Shown here piece by piece: positions 37,307 through 51,101 of a stretch of DNA of 64,000 nt. Numbering within the stretch: the stretch's first letter is position 1; each line of letters opens with the position of its first letter. The stretch covers positions 1-64,000 of the forward strand of contig MCFE01000511.1 of the NCBI GenBank assembly GCA_002104905.1. The letters run 5' to 3'. A model generated the notes under the pieces. It was not told where the DNA came from and made no database searches. It worked only from the letters and a program-made list of their open reading frames with translations. The position numbers were made by a program, and so were the translations under genes. Origin of the DNA: Basidiobolus meristosporus CBS 931.73. Its lineage: Eukaryota; Fungi; Basidiobolomycota.

Positions 37307-38532
37307 CGAAGCTAGAGCAGGAATCAGGATTGGTGCGCGATGGCAGCAGCACTTGCTCCAGGGTGTATGCTGGCTTGCGTTGGAGAGAACGGTGGGCCGT
37401 ATCCATCAAGCTGAGAACTTGATGTCATTTCATTCCATCTTTGCATCATGACGCTTCCTAAATGGAGGATTTTTCCTTTCTACTTGGTATTAATTGCTCA
37501 CCCATTTGGTGATCCATGCCGAATATGGTTATCACCAGCAAGGTGATAGATATCCAATTATTCTTTTTTCTCACTTGGCTTAGAGTTCTGATGAATGCTG
37601 CTTATTTGGGACCGAGCAAGCCATTGGCCAGCTCTTTTCATAATGCCACCTCTTTTGGTGCTATTCAAGGACCATCATTATCCCGATGGTATCTAGGACC
37701 AGACTGGCCAAATGTGCCGATTATAACGCTATTTTTACGCGGTAGTGTTGCAACGGGAGGTGACGGGTAAGCAAATAGAGAGCGGGAATTCATCAGCACC
37801 TACCAGGTGGTCTATCTTGCGAATCTGTCTTAGCTGTGGGAAATCAGCCAGCGATAGCAATTTGGGCCATTCGTGGCTTCATGCAACCTGGTAGCTTACT
37901 GGAGGAAAAGGTGGCTGGCAGGGTGGACAGAGCTTGAGTGCCGAGTCAGTAACTCGCACTTCAAGTGTACCTTGCCACCGATCATATAGGCTAGATTCTC
38001 ATCACAGAATGTTTGTCAACAACCTAAGCATGCCAAATACAAACCCAAAATCAGCCTGGGATTCCATCAGGAAGTTCGATATTTGAACCATTTAGTTAAT
38101 CTGTTGATTTATAAGTGGGACAACGGAATATGGGGTATTTTCCCAGTCTAGACGGCACTGGTGTCCTCATTTGTTGGTGCCACCCAACGTTATCAGTAGA
38201 TAATCATGGTTCCACGTTTTGGTGGATGAAATTAATGTATATCATTTATCTAATCAGTGGAAGATGGCTTCATTCCGTGGAATCTTCAAGTCATGATGGT
38301 TACTCCACCATTAATTATTCCCATGTCATCGCGTGACATATTACAGAAAAGTGCTGTGCTGAACATCCTATCACGGCGATGCTCATGGCAACTGATGACT
38401 GTTTTAGGTGGGTTGATTGGCTATCATTTCATACATCGTATAATACACTTTATTGATTTGTAATAGCCTGGGATGAGGATATGATGTGATGGGGCTGAGA
38501 AGCAGATATAGCTAAGCCTTACTCTTCTTCCT

Positions 38533-40871
38533 TCAGAGGTTGACATTGGATTGCTCCAAGCTGGGTTGTCCAAATTGGTTGAGGTAGTTGTTCCAGTCGT
38601 TGAAGTCGATCTCTATTTGCAACAGGTTGAGGAGCGGCGCGTCGTGGTTGGATCCCGAGGTGGGATATCCTTGCATGCTATCATTAGGAAGCAATGTTGC
38701 ATCCTCACACATAGTTGGGAGTTGTGAGATAGAGGGTGGTGGCATTTGTTGTGGCGGATAGAAGTTCATCGTATCTTCAAGAATACCATGTGGCATGAAC
38801 GACGTGGGTTGTTGGAGCTGGGTGATAGGGTCATCTAGGCAGATGTTTCCGTTGCTTTCATTTGGGTTGAGCACAGGGCATTTACCAGTGCATTCTTGGC
38901 TTGGGGCAGGTGGTTGTACATCTGGGTTAGCTTCGTCATAAAATGACTTCAAGCTTGTGACCTCAGAGAATGCAGGAAGAACCACGACAGAGCTGGTATC
39001 GTTCCGGGGTGGTAGTTTCTCTGACACGTCAGGTGACAAGGCCACACTTGGGGGATCATAGAGAATGGGCTCTGCACCCATATCCAAATCGGTAAGACCA
39101 CGCACCTTTGCCAGGTCTTCCAAAATGGCCGAGACATGCCCTGCACCAAAAAACACATCACTGATCCGTTTCATGATAGCCAGGTTCACTGCGAAATTGT
39201 TCCTTGCCACCCGAGCAAGCTCCGAGTCCTTCGACATAGCATTGATCAAATGGATGGCGCTCGCAGAAAACATCAGCCCTGGCCTTGCCGGGTTGCCATG
39301 CAACATCCACTCCAGGGGAGTGTGGTAGGCTATCCATGTAATGCGGCTAGCTGCTCGCTGGCATATCAGCTGGGCAGGGTTGATCTGCGTGCTAGCATTG
39401 TTATGTATCGGGATGAACGGTCGATTCAGCAGAATCACCGAGTACTGATAAAACGTGTGGAGCAAACTGCCATGTGGTGTGCTGATGGTACGGCTATGGT
39501 AGTCCACTCGGAACTCTGGTGGAATGGAGGCCTCCCAGTCACTCAGCGACTTGTTGAGCGACCATAGGTTACTGCTTGCCTTAATTCGACCATCACCACG
39601 AAGAACATATATCGTCTGGATGATTTTACTGATGAGCATCGTCATGCGAACCGATTGTGCGAGGAACCGGATGCTCCTGTTGATCTCTGGGCTGAGTTCT
39701 CCCTGGTTGAGCTCCAGGGGAAGCGTGGTGTCGAAGTCCTCCTCATTGATGGCTAACGGCTTCCCGCCCAGAGCGCTGTGGAACCGATCGAATATCACAC
39801 ACCCCCACCAGGCAAGCTTGCGGTTCTGCTTCTCAATGGGGTCCAGATTCTCCGATTCAAGGTTTCGATGGAGCCCTAGGTCTTGCGCCATTCTGATCGC
39901 TATCCCTAAAAACAACCACCCGCCCATCGGGTTGAATGACATGAGCAGGAGACCCTGGATAGTGTGCAGATTAGAAGTGGTATATTGTTTGTCAAGTGCT
40001 GACTTGGCTTCCTTGAAAAAATACACAGTGGCTGAGCGAGAGATCTCTGGGGTTTTGAAGACAGTGAGCCCTTCCAGTACGCAACCGACGGCAAATATTG
40101 CGTTCATCAGCACCTCCGGGATCTTTTCACCCGAATTCAGCCTCTCGAGAAACCTTGCCTTGTTGAAGACCGGGAAATACGGGTGTGAACGAGTGAAGTA
40201 AACCTCGATCAACTTGTCTTTGGTTTCTTGGCTTGGAAAGTTGGATTCCGGAAGTTTCGGTAGTTTCATGTTTTTTATATCACACATGAATTTCCTGAAT
40301 ACCCCGTTAACATGGTATTTTCCTCCCTCCAAGAGGTACATCCCGGAGCTGCTGCCGACATATCTGTACCCTGATCCGTCTGTGATGGTGAGCTTAGTGA
40401 GTTTGTCGTTCGTGTTTTCCATCTCTTCACTGTCCGAGCTTTCTTGTACGAAGGTCATCTAAAAAGAAGATGAGCATTAGTGTCCAAGGGAAGGGTGCTT
40501 ATACATGACCAGCAGTTGGTTACCTCTCTTTTGTGGCTTGAAGTACCTGCGTTGCTTGGCAGACCTAAATCGGCTGCTGCTGCTGGTTCTGGGGAAGAGT
40601 GGGAGTCGTTGTCTAATAAGGTGGCAAGGGCAGCTTCGATCCGTTTAAGACGCCTTTCAAGAGCTTTGGAGTCCGATGCTTGTGGACCTCTCTTTTTCGG
40701 GACATCTAAGAAGGTGCACTCATATCCAAACATGGCACAGTTCGTACAAGCAGGCTTGAGAACGTCACATTTCACTTTCTTTCTACGACAAATATCGCAG
40801 GCACGCATGGTTTTTGATTTTGTCGGTGTACTCTCTACAGTATTCGACTCGTCTATTGTACCTGTTTTCAT
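38533..40871 (-). CDS. Zn(II)2Cys6 transcription factor with fungal TF middle-homology domain, copy 1 (~757 aa)
   Basis: Exon 40871-40524 contains CDICRRKKVKCD..CTNC..C; GT-AG intron 40523-40459; exon 40458-38533 contains HPYFPVFN, AIRMAQDLGLHR and RKLAWWGCVIFDR. Confidence 0.95.
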
Positions 40872-41241
40872 TATGGAAAATTACTCTCTGGGTGGTGCGA
40901 ACTACTTGTCATAACTGTCTGTAACTTGAACAATAGCTACTGCTACTTTATGTAGTTTTCAGTTTGATCCCTTAATGAATGATATCGGTGGATAAATGGA
41001 CAAATGTTTTGACCGATAGGCCCAAAATATTGTTAAGATGACGTTTAAGCATATTAGTTTAAATGATGATTAAGTATATACATATTTGTCACATTGATGA
41101 TCCACCTCCAAAACAGGTATTTTATCTATGTTAAACCTATTCTTATCCTCATCCGAAGGTTATTCAGTAAAAGGCTGAATGGTAGGATGCCTAACGCAAT
41201 TCTCCTTCCTGGTGAGGATGTCACTGATTAGCATTGGATTA

Positions 41242-43503
41242 CTATAAGCTGGGTTGTCCAAATTGGTTGAGGTAGTTGTTCCAGTCGTTGAAGTCGATCT
41301 CTATTTGCAACAGGTTGAGGAGCGGCGCGTCGTGGTTGGATCCCGAGGTGGGATATCCTTGCATGCTATCATTAGGAAGCAATGTTGCATCCTCACACAT
41401 AGTTGGGAGTTGTGAGATAGAGGGTGGTGGCATTTGTTGTGGCGGATAGAAGTTCATCGTATCTTCAAGAATACCATGTGGCATGAACGAAGTGGGTTGT
41501 TGGAGCTGGGTGATAGGGTCATCTAGGCAGATGTTTCCGTTGCTTTCATTTGGGTTGAGCACGGGGCAGTCGTCGCTGTATTCTTGGCTTGGGGGAGGTG
41601 GGTACGGGTGTGAATCGGGGGTGGTCTTGTTGTAGAACGCTTTTATGATTTCTACGGCGGAGGAAGAGGGTAGGACCATTACAGAGCTGGTATCATTCCG
41701 GGGTGGTAGTTTCTTTGACACGTCAGGTGACAAGGCCACACTTGGGGGATCATAGAGAATGGGCTCTGCACCCATATCCAAATCGGTAAGACCACGCACC
41801 TTTGCCAGGTCTTCTAAAATGGTTGGAATATGACCAACACCGAAGAACACATCACTGACCCTCTTCAAGATAGCCAGGTTCACTGCGAAATTGTTCCTTG
41901 CCACCCGAGCAAGCTCCGAATCCTTCGACATAGCATTGATCAAATGGATGGCCCCCGCAGAAAACATCACCCCTGGCCTTGGTGGATTGCCATGCAACAT
42001 CCACTCCAGGGGAGTGTGGTAGGCTATCCATGTAATGCGGCTAGCTGCTCGCTGGCATATCAGCTGGGCAGGGTTGATCTGTGTGCTAGCAATGTTGTGT
42101 ATCGGGATGAACGGTCGATTCAGCAGAATCACCGAGTACTGATAAAATGTGTGGAGCAAACTGCCATGTGGTGTGCTGATGGTACAGCTATGGTAGTCCA
42201 CTCGGAACTCTGGTAGGAATGGAGGCCTCCCAGTCACTCAGCGACTTGTTGAGCGACCATAGGTTGCTGCTCGCCTTAATTCGACCATCGCCACGAAGAA
42301 CATATATCGTCTGGATGATTTTGCTGATGAGCATCGTCATGCGAACCGATTGTGCGAGGAACCGGATGCTCCTGTTGATCTCTGGGCTGAGTTCTCCCTG
42401 GTTGAGCTCCAGGGGAAGCGTGGTGTCGAAGTCCTCCTCATTGATGGCTAACGGCTTCCCGCCCAGAGCGCTGTGGAACCGGTCGAATATCACACACCCC
42501 CACCAGGCAAGCTTGCGGTTCTGCTTCTCAATGGGGTCCAGATTCTCCGATTCAAGGTTTCGATGGAGCCCTAGGTCTTGCGCCATTCTGATCGCTATCC
42601 CTAAAAACAACCACCCGCCCATCGGGTTGAATGACATGAGCAGGAGTGCCTGGATGGTTTGCAAAGAAGATTCGGTATATTGTTTGTCAAGTGCTGACTT
42701 GGCTTCCTTGAAAAAATACACAGTGGCTGAGCGAGAGATTTCTGGGGTTTTGAAGACAGTGAGCCCTTCCAAGACGCAGCCGACGGCATAGATTGCGTTC
42801 ATCAACGCCTCCGGGTTCTTTTCACCCGAATTCAGCCTCTCGAGAAACCTTGCCTTGTTGAAGACTGGGAGATACGGATGGGAGCGAGTGAAGTAAACCT
42901 TGATCAGTTTGTCTCGCGTTTGTTGACCTATGAAATTGGACTCGGGTAACTCCGGTAGTTTCGTGCCTTTACCATCACATATCAACTTCGTGAAAATTCC
43001 GTTCACATGGTATCTTCCTCCCTCCAAGAGATACATCCCGGAGCTGCTCCCGACATATCTGTATCCCGATCCGTCAGTGATAGTGAGCCTATTCATTTCT
43101 TCGCACATATTCACCGACTCTTCGCTGTCGGAGCTTTCCTGTGTGAAGATTAGCGTTGTGTCCAAGGTAAGGGTGCTTGTGTGTGATCGAAGCTTTTAGT
43201 ACTTACTTTGCTTGCCGGCGGGTCAAAGGAGTGTGAATCTTTATCTAACAAGGTGGCAAGAGCCGCTTCGATTCGCTCGAGACGTCTTTCAAAAGATTTG
43301 GAGTCCGATGCTTGTGGACATCTCTTTTTCGGAATATACAAAAAGGTGCACTCGTATCCAAACATAGCACAATTCGTACAAGCAGGCTTAAGAACGTCAC
43401 ATTTCACTTTCTTTCTACGGCAAATATCGCAGGCACGCATAGCCTTGGGTTTTATAAGTGCGTTCTCTACATTAGTGGGCTCGTCTATAGTATCAGTTGT
43501 CAT
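41242..43503 (-). pseudogene. Zn(II)2Cys6 transcription factor, tandem copy 2, with a +1 frameshift
   Basis: Exon 43503-43207, intron 43206-43139; one extra base at 42215 relative to copy 1 shifts the frame; stop 7 codons earlier than in copy 1. Could instead be an assembly error. Confidence 0.75.
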
Positions 43504-43858
43504 GATGAAAAGTAGCTATCCGGGTGGCGCGAACTACTTGTCATTACTGACTGTAACTTAACGTTGTAACATACAGAAGCGCCAACTGTTTACTTATGTA
43601 CAAATCCGTACAGCAGTGGGTCTAGTTTTATTAGGATCCAGATGTCCTATTCTACCATGTGAGTGGTAGTAGCGGATAAATGGAGAAATGCCGCGACCGA
43701 TTAGCCCTCAATATCGGTAAACATGTTGATCATCGAAGTCAGGTAATCCAGGTAACATTTATCTTAGGCTTAGTATAATATCGCTAATTAAGCATCCAAC
43801 TAAGCCTAGGAAGCGCCAATATAAATGCGGGATGTATGAAGCAGGCTAGTCTACAACA

Positions 43859-44266
43859 ATGTCGGAGCAAGTCCAATTGAAAAGTATCCCAGGGGGTTAT
43901 TCTGTTTTTGCACTGCTAACGCCATCCCAGAGACGTCAACTATTCGTAGTGTATATCTCCATCATTCTAATCTTCCTATGCACAGCCTTCATATTTCAAG
44001 AGGCAATTCAAAAGCATCGGTTTTTGATACTGAGCGTCGCATGCTTGTCAATTTCCCTGATTCTCACTGGGATAATGGTAAGTGCATATGGTGTGTCTGT
44101 GATGTGGCTATGGTGTGGCAACATATTTATCCTGATTTCACAGATCAAGGTACTTCATCAACCACCTACCATCCTGGTGAGTGTTCCTCCCTCCAACGAC
44201 CTGGAGGAAGTTCTAGTCTGGCCAAGCCCACCTGCCGTGGTCAAGATCAAGGGGCCAGAGAGTTGA
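43859..44266 (+). CDS. Small hypothetical membrane protein (two hydrophobic segments, ~113 aa if spliced)
   Basis: ATG-started ORF with LFVVYISIILIFLCTAFIF and FLILSVACLSISLILTGIM; candidate 66-bp GTAAGT..CAG intron at 44078-44143. Confidence 0.5.
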   Translation: MSEQVQLKSIPGGYSVFALLTPSQRRQLFVVYISIILIFLCTAFIFQEAIQKHRFLILSVACLSISLILTGIMVSAYGVSVMWLWCGNIFILISQIKVLHQPPTILVSVPPSNDLEEVLVWPSPPAVVKIKGPES

Positions 44267-44442
44267 GACGTACATACACAAGCCGCGCAATAAACCCCAC
44301 TGTACATTTTAAACATTACTTTTATATTGGTGGATGACACATGTATTCCAGAATTTCACTACTTGTGCATTTCGTTAAAAATAATCCCGTCCTGAGGAAA
44401 TACATTACAAAGTTGGGTGTATAGATGGGTGGTAAAGGGCGC

Positions 44443-47400
44443 CTACTCCTTCACTGGCTCTGGCTCCTGAGTGGCTTGGGACGAAGCGTCGTCAAAGTCG
44501 ACGTCACCGCGAATAGACCCGGTACCTGTGGTGTTCACTAGATGGAAAATGGAGGCTTAGAGAAACATTCTCAATCGGCACAACAGCTTTCGAAACTCAG
44601 TACCTTCTAGACTCAAATGGCTCATGGTTTCATCAATGCGCTCATCATCGGGTGCGGATAACAGCTAAATGGGGAGGTGGATTGAGTTGGTCGAACGGCT
44701 GATAATACTCGCTTCGTTACTAACCTCATCCTCGTATGCATTCCCATTCATGGATTTCTGGCTGTGAGTGCTATCATTGGCCGTGAGGCTTTCCTTCAGC
44801 TCTGTGCGCAGGATACGGGATCAGCTAAAGGGCTCGGATAAGGTAAGATCGGGGCTTTCTTTACCTGGTTGCTGACTTGCGTCTGATTTGAGCTCAGAAT
44901 ATGCTATGGAAGGAGTGACGGTTTTTTTGGACTTGGCGGTCTCCTCGGCAAGTAACGCCTATACACCATCGTATTGGTAAACAAAACACAAACCCAAACG
45001 TTTTCTAGCAATGGACTTACCGCCTTGTAATCCGCAAACAGCTCCTCATGCTCTTGAGGGTCAGCAAGGGAGTCGGCGATTTTGGATTTGTTGGATTTGA
45101 CAAGCTGCTCCTTCCACAGGGCAACGATCCTGGACATATGACTATACGAAAAGTTCAATCAATCAACTCACATCTTCCTCGAATACCTGGCAATTACCTG
45201 GGAAGATAGGTTCTTGCGAAGAAAGCAGCTTCGGGGATTCTGTCGGTATTTACCAGAATATTTAGACAGTTCTCAAGGTCGCCCAGGGACCAGTAGCAAG
45301 AGAAGGCGATGTTGTTTTTTCCCTCGTCGGCAGCCTTCTGGGCGAGCTCCTGCATCCCGTCGACGTTACCGCAGGCGGTGTACATGAGCAACAGTCCGCT
45401 TAGGTCATTTGCCTTCTTCAGGCATTCTTCGGCCAGATTGAATTTCCAGTTGTTTAATGCGACATCGCCAAGAATTCTCCATCTACTTTCCGAGTCGGTG
45501 CTCTTCGCGATTTCATGAGCGAACTCGAGGCGGTTAAGTTGCAGGGCAAGGTCAAACTTGTGCTCGTTATCCGTGGTCACTTCGAGGGCCAGTTCCTTGA
45601 GGTCTTGGCCTTCCAAGAATCTAGCAACCCGGTTTCTTTGGTCGTGACTGATCTGAGGTAGAAGGCTCTCGGCGGTCTCGGTATCCCCACGAAGAATGGC
45701 GGTCTGGTACTCAACAACCGTCAACGAAAGATTGTAGCTATAGACGTTGGCATCTTTGTCGGCAAGGTAGATTCTATTATCACGAGGGATGTACCCAAGG
45801 AGATACATGTTGGTGTCAAAGTGGGCGATGGTGTTGACTTGACCACCAACCAGGTAATTCAAGCGGTTCAGGGTGTTGGTATACACGAAGCAGTCACCAA
45901 CCCAATAACCGGTCTTGATGCTTTCTGGAATCTCCGTAACAAACTCCAGTGCATCCTCCACTCCTTCGTCGCCTGGGTTTCCACCACTCTCGATGAATTC
46001 GTTGTATGCTGCCCGATTGAATCTTAGAACAAAGAAAGAATCATCCGATGCGATGGTCACGAGATCACCAGCCTCGGACCAGTACACATTAGTAGCAACA
46101 ACGTCAATACGTCTGACTAAACCTCCGGTCTCCCAGTCATAGAAATTGAGGAAGGAGGAGCCACGAACTCCAACAAGAACGCCTCCGAAAAGTCCTTCAA
46201 TAGAGAACTTCACATGTGAGAGTAGCCCGGACTTTTCCTTGAAGTTTTTGTTGAACACTTTGACGCTGCTGGAGGACTCCCGGATGGCATATCTGTTCGA
46301 ATCAACAGGTTACTTCCAGCTCTGCGGCTTCCGTGGGGCAGGTGGTTTATGCAACTTACTCGTTTGAATCGGTAGCCCAGACAAACTCCAGGGCACGGCC
46401 AAAGCTCTTGTTTCTCCAAGCAAGAGCGGTGTAGATGATATATTCGCCATCACCGCAGACAACCACAAATCTAGTGGAAACAAGACACGCTTAGTAAAGG
46501 GATCTGTGTCTATGATGAACGGGGCAATAATGGAATACCTTCCGTTAGGGCTGTGTTGCAACGTTTGAGGATATACTTCACAACTACCCAAGTCTTTGAC
46601 GGGAAGAGTCATGCGCTCACCCTCTTTGGAATATTCCTCTAAAACACACGGGAATCTAGTTCAGTGGTCATGCTAGAACGCGTACCATGACAAGGAAACC
46701 TACCGATTCCACTCTTCACGTTTGTAGTCAAGATCTCGTTGTGTCTTGCCCAAATGATTTTCCCGCTATTATCCATGCTGATCGCAGGCTCCTCACGGCC
46801 AAGCTAAAACACTGGTGTGAATAGTCCGCGTCAATTCATCGCCATAGAGCTGCTAACACATACCTTAATAACGACTGCACCCTCATCGTAACCGATACCA
46901 ATATCGTTAGAGCCTCGCTGATAAGCCAGCACCCATCCACGATCCAATCCGTAGTTTAGGGTGTTTTCAATGCGATAGGTGTTGGCGTGCCAGATCTTGA
47001 CTGAGCCTGTTATGAAAGCGAAGAGGTCAGCTCCTGTAGTACGTGTACCAAATGGTCAAAAGGTCAACAACCATCTTCACTAGCAGTCAGGATAACTGGC
47101 AATTCAGGGTGGAAGCAGGCGGCGGAGACATTCTGGCTATGACCTTCCAATGTTTGCACGCAACTCTTGTTTTGGTAGTCCCAGATCTTCACCAGCCTAG
47201 CAACAGAAAATGTAAGCACAGGCAGCCTCGATAACACGGGTAGATACTGACTTGTCGTCGGCTCCAGATACGAGATAGGGCTTATCACCACCACTGTAAT
47301 AGTCCACAGTGTTTACTCCTTTATCGTGACCTTCGAGAGTGAAGTTGGCAACGGGGGATCCCACATTCCAAACCTTGAATACCAATCAATATCAAGCCAT

Positions 47401-48258
47401 GGACAAGACTCGAGATGAGCTGAAGAGTACCTTGATGGTTTTATCGAGAGAAGCACTAGCAAAGGTATTGGTATCTTTTGGATTGAAATTGACCATCATG
47501 ACGTAGTGGGAATGCCCTTCAAAGACCTAGGATACTGGTTAGTCCAGGGCTCAACAACAGCGGTAGACCTGAAGGCCTTACCTGCATGCACTTCCATCCT
47601 TTTTCCCAATTCCATAATTTGATGGTCATATCATCACTACTACTGAGCACATAAGGTTGTGTGGGGTGAACAGCAATACTACGGATATAATCCACATGGG
47701 CATCGAAGCTGGCAACTTTCTCGTGTGTGTTGTAATTGAAGACGCGAAGCTGCATATCATCAGAACCAGCAATAAGCCAACTCTTTCTGGCGATAAATTT
47801 GGCAGCACGCACTGTAGTTTAAGATGATCATCAGCATCAATGCGAGGAAAAGTCGTCACACTACACGAATCGCGTGCAGATGAGGACGCTGTAAACAAAC
47901 GGACCTGGCAAATCGGTTACTTCAAAGGTCTTGACCAAGCTCTGAAAATGAGAAGTGAATGAGTATTTTGGTGGTTGGTAGCTGGGGTGTCTCCAGCCAA
48001 GAATCACCGTGCGCACTAAGAGAGTTTCCAGTGATTGAGAGACGTTGACTGTACCTGAGTCTCGTAGTTCCAGACGTAAACATTGCCATTGTACAAACTA
48101 GCCATAACCCAAGGCTCAGTAGGATGTAGGTCAACACATTTGACTCTGTCAGACCGAGACAAAAGTTTTTTCTAAAAGAGCAAGATGAATAAGAGGGCGA
48201 CGTAAAACAAGAGAAGGAAGAACACCAAATGCAGGCATACTTTGATGTCGATTTTCAT
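44443..48258 (-). CDS. SEC27: Coatomer (COPI) beta' subunit, multi-exon
   Basis: MKIDIK|[21 protein letters not shown] start, WD40 repeats, coatomer WDAD region ([31 protein letters not shown]) and TPR-like solenoid. An alternative upstream ATG exon at 48483 is in frame via a GT-AG intron. Confidence 0.95.
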
Positions 48259-48710
48259 CTCCAAGTAAGAAAGTCTATTACAGCTTGTTACAAAGACGGC
48301 AACAAAGAACGCTTTGGATATGTCAAGCCTTGAGGTATTGTTTCCATATAATGTATGAAAATTGATGTTCAACTATAAGCCGTGGCTGACGACTGATTTC
48401 TTTTGTCCAATCAGAGAAGAATACCTGTGTCCAGCACTATGCTTAATGCCAACAGAATAAGCAAACAACACAAGTTACGCCATGGTTTAGTATGATCCTA
48501 AGCGAAATCCCCATTATCCTGAGCGAGATCGGTATTGAGAATTAGGGTTCGGAATACTATTTTTGGGGGCACAAATTGAAATATAATTGTTCTTTGTCAC
48601 CAATGGATAGCCATTTCCGTGCAAAATGGTTTAATCGAAAGTCATAAAAGAGTAGCCTGCTGCTCTTTACATGATCAATTTAGTTTCACCTGTCTTTGCA
48701 GTGGTAGACC

Positions 48711-50079
48711 ATGGGCTCGTTGTTGGAACAGCAAAAGGCCTTCAAAAAGAGACTGGCAGCTCAGCCAGTCATACAAAGAGCACATGTAGCAGGCCCACCA
48801 CCACCAAATCTGTACACACCAATACCAAGCCAACTTCAAGATATTTTGGAGCCGGCAAAGAAAAAACAAAAGATAAAAAAAGGCAAGTAGACTTGGCACT
48901 TGTTCTTCGAGGGGCAGTGCACGGTATATTCGAGGTTGCTGTACACATGTAGTTTTCGAGCTATCTAGTCACATATTCACGCGTCTAAGAGGATAGTGAC
49001 TTGTTCTTAGTTGTATGGTGTTTGCTTAGAAACCCATCCTCGCTGCGAATATTTGCAAACCAGCACAAGCACATACTGATGTTTTAAACTCGATAGTTCT
49101 TCCGGAAGCAAGTCCAGCGGTTGGTGGACGGCACACACTCAGTATGGTGTATACGGTGATCAATTTCCTCAAAGTAAGCCTTGGAAAGTTGACGTGGCCT
49201 GAACTGCCACCAGGATAGTTGTTGATTTATTGTTCAGTCAGTAGAAGAACCACAGACAGCAGACGATCTGAAGCGGCATGTTGGTGCTGACCTTGACGTG
49301 AATCCAGAGTTGTATCAAACCCTGACACAGAACAACAAGATCGACTATGACACCAAAACCCATATGTTCTCCTATCGGGTAACTATGTGTTGTAGAGACT
49401 AGTCATTCAGCGGCGCGTCTAATGCCAATCAACTGAATATTCTTAGCCAGCATATAACATCAAGACGAAAGAAGATCTGTTGGCACTCTTGCAAGAGAAG
49501 CAGGACGAGGGGGGTATGGAGGTGCGAGAGCTGAAGGATTCTTACATTGATGTGAAAGGAGTTGTTGAGGTACTTGCAGCTTCATCTGGGAGTAGTCTTT
49601 TGGGATGCTGACTGTGGTTGGGATAGGAACTGGCTGAAGCAGGACAAATCTACATCATTCGAAATAAGGATGAGACCCCACGCATTCTATTTTACAACGA
49701 TGCCCGGCTCAACTGCGATTTCGATGCAGGTGACGATATTGGTTTCGAAGCTTTCCCCTGGACCATTCGATGGCTAACGTTTCACCATTGCTAGATTTCA
49801 AGCAAATGTGGCACGATCTACGAGCACCTGACGAGACCGATTTGCCTGCCGAGCTCGACAAAGGTAACCTCATTGCATTGGGCCCGCTTGTGCGTGTTAC
49901 TCACCACCCGATCTTCGACTGGTTTAGCCGGACTCAAAACGATGGAGGTGTTCGAAAAGAAAGCCAAGTCCGACGAACCGAAGCACAAGAAATCCAAGGC
50001 CAGGAATCGGAAGGTCAAGATCACCAACACTCATTTGGAGGGCATCGATCTTACACAGGATTATGTTGCGCCCAGATGA
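48711..50079 (+). CDS. TFA2: Transcription initiation factor TFIIE beta subunit, multi-exon
   Basis: Exons read MGSLLEQQKAFKKRL.., VYTVINFLK, YRPAYNIKTKEDLLALL..GGMEVRELKDSY, PRILFYND, FKQMWHDL and RNRKVKITNTHLEGIDLTQDY. Confidence 0.9.
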
Positions 50080-50246
50080 ACGTTGCGGGAAATCAAGTGA
50101 GCCTAAACGAAATTCACAATATCCACAAAGCACTGGCTGTCATAGTTGCGCTCAAAACATGAATAAATTTATTGTTTTTCGTCGTTCTGATTATTTGAGA
50201 TACAATGGGAGTAAGGAGAGAAGTGTGCATGATGATCCATCTCGAT

Positions 50247-50970
50247 TTAGGCGAGAAGGGCATCCTTCTTGGCTTGCACACGCTCAGCACGACGCTCACG
50301 AGCGGCCTTAGCCTTGAGACGGTGAGCCTCGGCTTGGTCAGCAATAAGCTTAGCTCTGAGCTTCTCGGCCTTGGCCTTGTGAATGAACTCCATGAGAACA
50401 CGCTTGTTCTTGAAGACATTACCTTTAGACTTCATGTAGAGAGAGTGGTACAAGTGCTTGTCGATCTTGCCGGCTTCACGGTACTTTCTCAACATACGTC
50501 TCAAAACACGTTGACGACGCATCCAAAGGACTTGGGTGGGCATACGAGCCTCGGCGGTACCTCTACGTTTACCAGTGCCAGTGTGACGTCCCTTGCGCTT
50601 GGCAGCGAGTTTTTCACGGACTCTGAAACGAGAGTGAACAACGTTGGGCTTCTTGATGATAAGACCATCCTTGATAAGCTTGCGAATGTTTTGACCTGGG
50701 GAGAGGGTTGGAGTTCGGTTAATACGCGCAGCACCACATAGTGTCGTATCGACTGGTACTTACGAGAGTTGGCGTTGCCGATCTCATTAACTTCGTTAGG
50801 ATCGATCCAAACCTTTCTCTTGCCGCACTTGAGGACGCTAGCGGCCAAACGCTTCTGACTGCTTAAAGAAACCCTACGTCAATGCGGATTAGTGTCAGCA
50901 ATGGATGGCTGCATTCGACTCGATCAATGGATACAGATCCAGTCGATTTCCACTAATGAAATCCTTACAT
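50247..50970 (-). CDS. RPL19: 60S ribosomal protein L19 (eL19), 3 exons; start codon split AT|G by the first intron
   Basis: [58 protein letters not shown]; introns 50968-50874 and 50763-50696. Confidence 0.97.
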
Positions 50971-51101
50971 TTTCCGCTTGAAGCAAACTGTCGGGCAGTA
51001 GAGGGGAAAAAGAGAAAGAAACCCCGCCTACCCGGTAAAAAATAGCATTTAACGGGTGCCGATTATTGCGTAAAAATTCTTTTGACCTGATGCCAATTAA
51101 A

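Noticed and set aside
39065-50741. Long antisense ORFs (e.g. 39524-40201, 42219-42791, 50205-50741)
   Set aside because: Shadows of real genes on the opposite strand.
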